Shown here: one piece after another, positions 56,292 through 64,000 of the stretch
How the letters are laid out: each line of letters opens with the position of its first letter
Position numbering within the stretch: the stretch's first letter is position 1
NCBI GenBank assembly: GCA_048881705.1
Contig: JBHLSH010000006.1
Span: 1-64,000 of the forward strand
Direction of reading: 5' to 3'
From: Candidatus Heimdallarchaeota archaeon
Lineage (GTDB): Archaea; Asgardarchaeota; Heimdallarchaeia; Hodarchaeales; Hodarchaeaceae
Length of the DNA: 64,000 nt
Position numbers and translations under genes: made by a program
Notes under the pieces: model-generated
Seen by the model: only the letters and a program-made list of their open reading frames with translations
Databases searched by the model: none
What the model was told of the DNA's origin: nothing

Positions 56292-56726
56292 TTACAAGAC
56301 CGGTTTATGATAGCCTTTAAGAAAGTACTCGATTAGATTGTTTTATCTTGAGTCTTTTTTTCCTTGATTGATATTCGAACCAAAAAAACAGGAAGGAACC
56401 AACAGGTATATTCGTTCCAGGTGTCATTATATTGGATACTAATTGCGACATTAGATACATTGAATGATTCTAAGACTGTACAAAATTCTAATTTATACAG
56501 AGCTCAGAGGCCCTTGGCTATTCAAGATGGTACCTTATCAAATATCTGTCCAAGAAATCTGACTGTTGTCTCACATGTCTTATTCAAGGTAGTTGGCAAG
56601 GTTCATAAGTGAAATATTCCTCATTGAATTTCTTACAGTGCATTAAATACCTTTCTTCAGTTCTCATTAGAAAGGGTACCAATCAGCTTAGGTGATGAAA
56701 CACCAATTCGAAAGGAAGTCAATTCT

Positions 56727-57569
56727 CTGAAAAGTCTCGCTATCTTGTCCCATAAGGGCGGTGTTGGAAAAACAAGTATTGCTGTTAACTTAGGTTGTCA
56801 TCTCGCCAAGATTGGAAAAAATGTCATCATTCTTGATAACGATTTTTCTGGACCATCTCTAGTAACGTTTTTTCAAAAGAATATCTCCGTAAATTGGTTG
56901 AACGATTACCTGATGACAGGAGAAGATCTGGATCATTGTCTTCAAGATGTTTCTCCGTTATTGAATTTACCAGGAAGATTGTATATTGGTTTCGCTGACC
57001 CAACTCCGGAGCGCATTCAAAGCATTATCCGAATCGATCAAAAAACGTCCATTGCAATGTTACGACATTTAATTGCCCTTAAAAAAGCCGTCCGATCTCC
57101 ACCATACGATATTGACTATTTGATTGTGGATTGTTCTCCAGGAACAGGATATAGCACGGTAAATGTCATATTGACTACAGATTCAAGTTTGTTTGTAGTC
57201 AAATTAAGTAATGCTGACCTTTATGGCACATCTCAAATGATCTCGGGACTTTACACACAGTTGAAGAACCGAACCCTGGTCCTTGCCAATCTAATCCCAA
57301 GCAACGTCCTAGTTTCAGGAAACTTGTCCCTTATTGAGCAACTGATTGAGAAGCGATTTACTCAAGAGGTCGGTGACAAAGTTGTGGAGTTTTTGGGTTG
57401 GATCCCAACCGATCTTGAACTTCAAACTATTGAATTTAATGAAGCGGTGAAAAGCCTTAAGCAAGAACCTTCTCAAAGAAACATTTTTACGTTGCACAAT
57501 CCTTCACACATCTTTTCCAAGATTCTGATTGATTTAATTCCTGCTCTATTTGGAGAGGAAGTTCATTGA
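56727..57569 (+). CDS. MinD/ParA family (SIMIBI) ATPase
   Basis: Deviant Walker A HKGGVGKT, switch I DNDFSGP, switch II VDCSPG. The first beta strand (KSLAIL) lies upstream of the track's TTG 56745, so CTG 56727 is the probable start. Confidence 0.88.
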   Translation: MKSLAILSHKGGVGKTSIAVNLGCHLAKIGKNVIILDNDFSGPSLVTFFQKNISVNWLNDYLMTGEDLDHCLQDVSPLLNLPGRLYIGFADPTPERIQSIIRIDQKTSIAMLRHLIALKKAVRSPPYDIDYLIVDCSPGTGYSTVNVILTTDSSLFVVKLSNADLYGTSQMISGLYTQLKNRTLVLANLIPSNVLVSGNLSLIEQLIEKRFTQEVGDKVVEFLGWIPTDLELQTIEFNEAVKSLKQEPSQRNIFTLHNPSHIFSKILIDLIPALFGEEVH

Positions 57570-58204
57570 TCGTTTATGCAGTTTATTTTATCCTGGAAGA
57601 TGGCAGAACTATCCTCTCCGAAACTTACCAGAATCCTGATAATATACCGAATGAGGTGTTATTTGGAGGATTGATTACGGCATTGCAGCATGTTGCAGCT
57701 GCCATGACACGAAATCAATCCGAAATGCGGACGATAGAAATCGAAGGATTAAGTTACCATATCAGGTCCTTTGGTCTTATCAGGGTAATTCTCGTCACAA
57801 ATTTTTCTCAATCCCCAGATGCAATCATCCAAACGCTTGGGATGAGGTTCTTGAAGACCTATGGAGAACGTTTGTTGTCAAACGAGATCTTGCTTGATCT
57901 TAACATTTTCCTACCCTTCAAACAAGTGATTTCTGAAATTCTTGGCGAAGAAATCGTGGATGGATCGAAATCGATCGTTCCTAGCAAGGTCTTAACAACT
58001 GGCGAGATTTACAGTCTTCCTCATGAACTTCAGGACGCTGCTCTTGCCATGATTTCTCTCAAAGAGGCTGATATCGCAACAATTGCTACAGAATGTCAAA
58101 CCACCCCTGATTTAGCTTCTAAAAAGTTACAAAGACTCCAAGAGCTAGGATATATTGGGAAAAAAGATATTGGTGGCCATGTGGTCTTTTTTTGCTCGAT
58201 CTGA
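57566..58204 (+). CDS. Longin-like domain fused to C-terminal winged helix
   Basis: VYAVYFILEDGRTIL...VLFGGLITAL...IEIEGLSYHI...IRVILVT...LGMRFLKTYG longin pattern; DIATIATEC...ASKKLQRLQELGYI HTH. TTGA overlap with the MinD stop. Confidence 0.7.
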   Translation: MIVYAVYFILEDGRTILSETYQNPDNIPNEVLFGGLITALQHVAAAMTRNQSEMRTIEIEGLSYHIRSFGLIRVILVTNFSQSPDAIIQTLGMRFLKTYGERLLSNEILLDLNIFLPFKQVISEILGEEIVDGSKSIVPSKVLTTGEIYSLPHELQDAALAMISLKEADIATIATECQTTPDLASKKLQRLQELGYIGKKDIGGHVVFFCSI

Positions 58205-58302
58205 ACTCTAAACTTCCAAAAATGATGCTTTTTGCTCAAAATGATAATGTTCCTCGTATACGACATGCGATCCTGAAAACGATGTAGGAATATCCGAGGA
58301 AT

Positions 58303-59271
58303 TTAGTGAAACTTTGGACGTTGACGTTTGCTCCCCGTCCGTTCATGAACCAAATCATCCCTGAATCCTTCTTTTCCAATATACATAGATTCAGAAAAGA
58401 GCTCACATGGATAGATATCCATCGTTCGGTCTTTCAAAAACCCACGAAGGTGATTGGGCAGATAGCCCACGATATTGGTAATTATTTCCTCAACATCCAC
58501 CCGCAGACGATAATTTCTACGGAAAAACCTGGTTATATTTATGAGATCTGCCCTAAGAAACCTTACAGCACTATCTATGCGTATTCGGATTGGGGTTTCG
58601 ACAAAGGTTTTGCTGTTGTATTGAACAGACTGACTTACATCCATCGTAACCAGTTTTCCCTCTGAATTCACCATTAAGTTGTGCTCGCTATAGTCTCCAT
58701 GAATATATTTTCCATTGATAAATAAACGAGCCAGGATATCAATTGCTTCATCTAAGAAATCTCCAGGATCACCAAATGTTCGTAAATCGTAATCTTTGAG
58801 AAGAGGGGCAGGGTTATACGATCCTCTCTTTTCTGGAATGAACTCCATCACGATAATGTTGTCATTTAGAAAGTGAGGTTTTGGTGCAGGAACGTGTTTT
58901 ACCATTTCGGACAGGTTCCAAAACTCTTGCTTGGCTGCCAGGCAGGCCATATCGTTAGGTAGCACATGCTTGGTTCCCCGAATTCGCTTCTTAATTGTGC
59001 TAGTAAAATACCGAAAAACCTTACCGCACGATAACTGACCATTATGGTTCTCTGCTAAAAGGACAGTTGCTTCCTTTCCTCCTCCGATGACCGAAAGCAC
59101 CTTCTTTATTTTTCCTGTTGCGAGCAGCTGCGCTTTAGCGTCCGCGATGCGGACCTCCTGCAGCTGCGTCCTTTGTACAGAAGAATGCCGGTATTCTTGC
59201 CGAAACGGCCCCGTTTTCTGATAACGCGAATAACCTAATCTTTGATTATGATCAGAGGATATTAGAACCAC
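58303..59271 (-). CDS. rio1: RIO1-family atypical Ser/Thr kinase
   Basis: GGGKEATV P-loop, GKVF, EFWNL, IHGDYSEHN catalytic loop and DVSQSV metal-binding motif. Confidence 0.9.
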   Translation of the reverse strand: MVLISSDHNQRLGYSRYQKTGPFRQEYRHSSVQRTQLQEVRIADAKAQLLATGKIKKVLSVIGGGKEATVLLAENHNGQLSCGKVFRYFTSTIKKRIRGTKHVLPNDMACLAAKQEFWNLSEMVKHVPAPKPHFLNDNIIVMEFIPEKRGSYNPAPLLKDYDLRTFGDPGDFLDEAIDILARLFINGKYIHGDYSEHNLMVNSEGKLVTMDVSQSVQYNSKTFVETPIRIRIDSAVRFLRADLINITRFFRRNYRLRVDVEEIITNIVGYLPNHLRGFLKDRTMDIYPCELFSESMYIGKEGFRDDLVHERTGSKRQRPKFH

Positions 59272-59900
59272 CTGAAATTTAGATAACTCTTTTTAGGTTC
59301 ACCTGTAAACCATTCACCTATAAAGAATGGTGAGGTTGTTTCACAAGATGTTAAATTGTGCTAGATTTAAAAATATTATTCTCTTATATGATCTATGATT
59401 CTGAAACGGGAGATCCTCTTATTACATCGAAAAACAACAAATTGGGGATCAATTCCAGTCTTTTATAAGCAGTTTTACCATCGAATGATACCCTAAGACC
59501 CCAGAAGGGCGTCTCTATTCGTGTTGGAATCTTATTTCGTGCGACTATAGGAATCCTGATCGGGTCCTATTGCGAAGAGAGCAAACCCTCATTCCGTAGA
59601 TTGCGCCGAGACAAAATTAACTGACTAAAGCGATCCAATCACGGTGTCTGACAACCCTTACGCACACAAATTCGTTCCCAATTATCTTTAATTCACTCAT
59701 TGGTACTCAGGCACCTCCATTTAGTTGGATCAAAGCTACTTCTCAATGGGAGATCGGTTTCATTGAGATTGCGCCAGCCTCCCTTAAATTCCATAAATAT
59801 CTTTCTATAATGGCGCGAAAGTATTGAATAAACAGGCACCTTAGTGATTAATTCTCGAAACACTCAATCGGGGGAATCTCTTCTTTTCTCTTGCCCCTAT

Positions 59901-61007
59901 TTACCCCATAGCACAACGATTTGGACCAATTTCTAATTCCTGGATCTGATCAGGAGCTAAGAATAGTCGTCCACAATTTATTTGAACTATGGTTCTGTAA
60001 GACGGTGGTTTCTGGATTTTTTTAATACTATCAACCGCCCTAGTTACGAAGGTATCCTTTTCAGTTTTATGAACAGGATCCTGAGTAAAATCTTCTATGG
60101 TAGTAATAATCGGTTTATGGAAGTGATTCATGGCGAACTTGCCATGATGCGCCGCTGCGATAAATTCGTTTGCTGGTAGTTTTGCGATTGTTGTAGTTAA
60201 GGTGTGGAAAAGATCGCTAGCAAACTCTTCGACCTTGTCCGCCAGATCTGGTCTACCGATGCCGTCAGCAAAGACTGTATCACCAGTAAATATACCCTGA
60301 TGCTTTATTCGAATTGTTGTTGACCCTTTAGTATGGCCAGGTGTATGCATTGCTGTAATAGAGTAGTTTCCAACTTGGATGGAATCATTATTTTCCATTG
60401 GAGTAAATTCGAAATCGAAAGGATCAAATGTGGAGAGACGGAGTTCTGCATCCATTTTGCTAGATAGCTCACGAGCTCCCGAAACATGATCTGCATGGCA
60501 ATGAGTATCGAGAACGTGCGTAACTGTTAGCCCTTCATTGTCAATATGATCCATGTATGGCTGGATGTCATATACCGGGTCAATAACTACTGCTTCATCT
60601 TCATGCGAAATTATATAGGAAAGACATCCCTTGGCAATTCTTCGAAATTGTGTAACGCGAAGATTGGGCTCTTTCGTCGGAATTTCAACCGGGTCAAGAA
60701 TACTACTCCACTCCTTGAGACCGCCGTGTAGAGACAGGGCACTTATCCCTTGGGAGCGAAGAATTTTCGCCGCCATGTTGGAATCATTACCTCGTGTACA
60801 GACAGTAATGATTTTTCTGTTCTTGAACTCGGCTCCAAGTTCTCGCTTCTCGAATAGCTCTCGGAGTGGTATATTTTTGCTGTCCAATAGGTTCCAGTCA
60901 TAATAGGCCTGGGGAGATCTAACATCGATAAGAGCCAGATCTTCCTGCGCTTGGAGCCTATCGTGTAGTTCCTTGGCCGAGATTTCCAGGGATGGATTAA
61001 GATTCAT
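59901..61007 (-). CDS. Rhodanese + MBL-fold (ETHE1/persulfide dioxygenase-like) fusion
   Basis: IDVR and CTRGNDS rhodanese loop; THCHADH, TPGHT, TGDT and GRPDL motifs; C-terminal GPNRCA. Confidence 0.9.
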   Translation of the reverse strand: MNLNPSLEISAKELHDRLQAQEDLALIDVRSPQAYYDWNLLDSKNIPLRELFEKRELGAEFKNRKIITVCTRGNDSNMAAKILRSQGISALSLHGGLKEWSSILDPVEIPTKEPNLRVTQFRRIAKGCLSYIISHEDEAVVIDPVYDIQPYMDHIDNEGLTVTHVLDTHCHADHVSGARELSSKMDAELRLSTFDPFDFEFTPMENNDSIQVGNYSITAMHTPGHTKGSTTIRIKHQGIFTGDTVFADGIGRPDLADKVEEFASDLFHTLTTTIAKLPANEFIAAAHHGKFAMNHFHKPIITTIEDFTQDPVHKTEKDTFVTRAVDSIKKIQKPPSYRTIVQINCGRLFLAPDQIQELEIGPNRCAMG

Positions 61008-61091
61008 ATGCTAAGGTCCGATTTTTTTTTTGTTAAAAGTTTCCTTTACCTAATCCAACATAAGTCATTAAAAGAAGCTATTATGGTGTTA

Positions 61092-63917
61092 TTAATCGCC
61101 ATTACCTCCGTTTCCTCCGCCATTACCTCCTTCAATATCACCTTCAATTCCGCTTTTTCCCAGTATGTTTTTTATCTTGTTAACTCCTTTTTCCAGATAA
61201 CCAGTCTTATTGCCTACATATAGCAGAACAGCGGCGCCGCCTCCAAGAACTACTGCGGTTGTTATCAATATCAAAAGGGGATCTGGGGGAGGTAGGGGAA
61301 CCGAGGTAGTAAGAGGGGGTACAGTTTGGCGGGTATACAGCAATTCGACCGGTCCCACGGTTACATTCAGATCGTAGGAAGTAACCAATCCTATATCCAT
61401 TGAAACTCGAAAATACAAATCGGAGGTATTATGTTCGCCTATATATGACGTGTTAATAGTCTCTGGCTGGCTCTGAAGGCTGCCTGGTCTCAGTTCATTG
61501 GCTGTCGCCATGAAACTTCCGTTTGGATACAGTATATCCAGACCAAGACTCTCACCTGTTTGGTACGTTATTTCGACGATAATAGCTTGACCGGCGGGCA
61601 CTTTAACAACAAAATAATCATCGTCCATGACTCGAATTACAAGTCCGGATTCCGTGTAGGAAACAGCTGTGTCTAGAACTTCATCGACGACGGTTATACG
61701 GGTGGCATCTTTTAAATTGTCATTATCTTCATATATGTCATCTGTTTCGCCTATACTGATTGTTAAATTGTAGTAATTAAAGGGCCCATCACTGTGGACA
61801 ACTATGAAGTATTTCCCGCTGGATGGCGCCTGGAATGTAATTGATTCGTTCTGAACGGGCGAATGGGACTTAGCGGCTGAGGATTGATCGTCAAACAATA
61901 GATCTAGATCGATATCAGTGAGCCAATTGATTTGGCCAAATGGTTCCGGAAAATAGTCTAAACTAACATTAATTTCGTCTGTTGCAGCTAGATAAACATA
62001 AAACCAATCATCATCTTCCCGAATGATTAGATTATCAAAAATTCCTTCAGCAATCGGGGCGGCTTCTCCAAAATCGTTATTTACTTCAAACCTATCGTCC
62101 TTAACGAATACTGTGACAGTCAAATTATAATCACTAAATCCGTTGACTAATATACCATCAGCAAATACCCTAAAAATATAGTCGCCCGAAACTTGGACAT
62201 TAAATTGTATGAATTCACTGTTTGAAGGATTTTGCTTAGACACCGCAATCGGCGGAAGGGCTTCGCCAAATATACCATATAACTCCATTTCAAGGTTTCC
62301 CAATGTGCCATCAAAGTCGATCTGAAGACTAAGATTGTCATTTTTCTGGAGAGGAATTCGGAACCAATCCGGGTCACCTTGGAGAGACACTAAACCAGCA
62401 AATGGATCGACGATGGTGGGTGCAAATGTATAGTTACTCGGACTCAAGTCGGTTGGATTTCCTGAGTTGTCGTTATCCTCCAAATCATCGTCCACTCCTC
62501 CTACATTCACCGTTAAATCGTAATACCTCGGATATTGATTCGATGCTTCAACATGTATTAGATAGTTTGAATCGGAATCTGCCCGATGGGGGCCAATCCC
62601 GAGGCCGCTTTGACCGAAAGGTAATCCTGCGACGGGCAGAGCAGCATCCAGTTCGGACTGAACAGACGAATTTTCATAAACTGTTAAGTTCATCTCGCTA
62701 ATCAAAGCAGGATACCACTCGACCTGAACGAAGAGTCTTTCTTTCTGTTTTATCGTGACATTATACCAGTCACCATTGCTTTGAGAAATTACCATACCTG
62801 GAAGATAACGTCCACCAGGAGTGTCAATTTTCACCGTGTTATTTCCACTTCTGCTACCGAAGTCAACTTCAATACCATCCTCGATATCTATGGTCAGATC
62901 ATAGAAATTGGCCGTAGAAAGCCGTGTATTATTAATGTTCAGGTAATACCAACCTGTATAGTTTGTCCGAAAGGTTAGCAGACTTGATGAGGAGGTACCT
63001 GGGTCAACAAATTGAACGAAAGGAGATGTCCCGTTTAGAGCGCTGGTTAAATTGAATATTCCGATATCTGGGCCACTTAGCTCAGCTCCTGAGGTATCAG
63101 TGTATGAATCTACCGTGATGGCGACTGCAGTGTCATTATAGAACCACAAGATATACCAATCATTATCACCGTACTCAGTGACCGTGTCACTCGAGAATCG
63201 AAGGTTTTTATACACACCTGGCACAATTTCATCATCTGAAGCGCCGTCAGTAGGATCATCTAAAGAGGTCACCTCATCGTTGCTTTGGAGCCACTCCCAT
63301 TGGTCATCATATATTATATGGAGATCGTAAATCAATGAATAATCCAAGGTATCATAGCCAATCGGAGGTTTTACAACAGTTACATTGATTGTCCAGAGTT
63401 CAGGATTCGGGCCCACATTTGTCGTTATTGGCCCAATGGCCTCTTCACTACCGAATCCTTTGCTTTCTCCCAGAAGGGTTCCATTCTTAGCTCTGAGTTC
63501 CAGATCTATATCTCCCACAAAAGAAGGATGTTGCGTTAGGTTTACCTCGAGTCCACTAGAGATATTTAACGCCAAATACGGATTAAATTCGATAAGAACT
63601 TGAAAAAGGAATCCGCTATAAACCGTGAAATTGTAGAAGTCGGGACTTGTGGTATTAGCGACTAGGGAAGTGGCAGGAGGGTTTGAAATCGATTGACCCC
63701 CTAATGGATACGCTGTACCAGGAAAATCATTGCTTTGAGCTCCTCCTTCCCAAAGTGTATCACTTGGCCATTGCATTGGAGCGGCAGTTACACGATCTGG
63801 AAATAGACCACCAGACAGACCAAATTGGGTAATCAGAAACAAAAGGAAGAGAAGGAGTCCAAATGGCTGCTTCGAACGTTGCCTCACAAACATGCGTCGT
63901 ACCACCGTTATCACCAT
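61092..63917 (-). CDS. Large single-pass surface protein with about six PPC-like (pre-peptidase C-terminal) beta-sandwich repeats
   Basis: Signal peptide; repeated DD..E.ND / D.DW[YF] / D.DL.L / Y.L units; Pro/Thr linker, TM and Gly/Asn-rich tail; no catalytic motif seen. Confidence 0.8.
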   Translation of the reverse strand: MVITVVRRMFVRQRSKQPFGLLLFLLFLITQFGLSGGLFPDRVTAAPMQWPSDTLWEGGAQSNDFPGTAYPLGGQSISNPPATSLVANTTSPDFYNFTVYSGFLFQVLIEFNPYLALNISSGLEVNLTQHPSFVGDIDLELRAKNGTLLGESKGFGSEEAIGPITTNVGPNPELWTINVTVVKPPIGYDTLDYSLIYDLHIIYDDQWEWLQSNDEVTSLDDPTDGASDDEIVPGVYKNLRFSSDTVTEYGDNDWYILWFYNDTAVAITVDSYTDTSGAELSGPDIGIFNLTSALNGTSPFVQFVDPGTSSSSLLTFRTNYTGWYYLNINNTRLSTANFYDLTIDIEDGIEVDFGSRSGNNTVKIDTPGGRYLPGMVISQSNGDWYNVTIKQKERLFVQVEWYPALISEMNLTVYENSSVQSELDAALPVAGLPFGQSGLGIGPHRADSDSNYLIHVEASNQYPRYYDLTVNVGGVDDDLEDNDNSGNPTDLSPSNYTFAPTIVDPFAGLVSLQGDPDWFRIPLQKNDNLSLQIDFDGTLGNLEMELYGIFGEALPPIAVSKQNPSNSEFIQFNVQVSGDYIFRVFADGILVNGFSDYNLTVTVFVKDDRFEVNNDFGEAAPIAEGIFDNLIIREDDDWFYVYLAATDEINVSLDYFPEPFGQINWLTDIDLDLLFDDQSSAAKSHSPVQNESITFQAPSSGKYFIVVHSDGPFNYYNLTISIGETDDIYEDNDNLKDATRITVVDEVLDTAVSYTESGLVIRVMDDDYFVVKVPAGQAIIVEITYQTGESLGLDILYPNGSFMATANELRPGSLQSQPETINTSYIGEHNTSDLYFRVSMDIGLVTSYDLNVTVGPVELLYTRQTVPPLTTSVPLPPPDPLLILITTAVVLGGGAAVLLYVGNKTGYLEKGVNKIKNILGKSGIEGDIEGGNGGGNGGNGD

Positions 63918-64000
63918 ACTCCCTGTTTTTCTCGAACATGGAACTGGGCTTTCAGGCCCTCAATAGATACCAAAAGCCCAATCAACGGGAATATAACATC

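Noticed and set aside
56364-56612. 82-aa TTG ORF between the orphan gene and MinD
   Set aside because: No RBS or motif, and it occupies the expected divergent promoter region.
1-64000. CRISPR array, IS/transposase, integrase, prophage, rRNA or tRNA
   Set aside because: No regularly spaced repeat-spacer array, no DDE, tyrosine or serine recombinase motifs, no terminal inverted repeats with target duplications, and no GC-rich structural RNA seen.

Overview
Gene-dense chromosomal segment of an archaeon, most likely an Asgard archaeon of Heimdallarchaeia/Hodarchaeales type. This is inferred from a Rab-like GTPase, three longin-like domains, a RIO1 kinase, TATA-like boxes, GAGGTG/GGAG ribosome-binding sites and Thr-rich/TM/basic C-terminal anchors. 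It carries about 50 credible CDS. Many are hydrolases (M1, two M42, S10, S12, lipase, Fes-like esterase, alpha/beta hydrolase) or anchored surface proteins (triple CBM-like repeat, two 7-blade propellers, multi-PPC protein). It also has a PadR-RDD-FtsX-ABC operon and several regulators. I found no rRNA, tRNA, CRISPR array, transposase or integrase. Most notable: (1) a SRAP/HMCES homologue with Pro in place of the catalytic Cys2; (2) a convergent pair of PP-loop-degenerate NAD-synthetase paralogues; (3) a translationally coupled MinD/ParA ATPase plus longin-wHTH gene pair; (4) an ABC ATPase embedded in a 927-aa protein with a coiled coil and wHTH; (5) a 7TM-longin fusion; (6) a promoter cassette with three 11-bp-phased TGTTGAT repeats, present twice exactly 800 bp apart. 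All family assignments come from motif recognition by eye; no database search was run.
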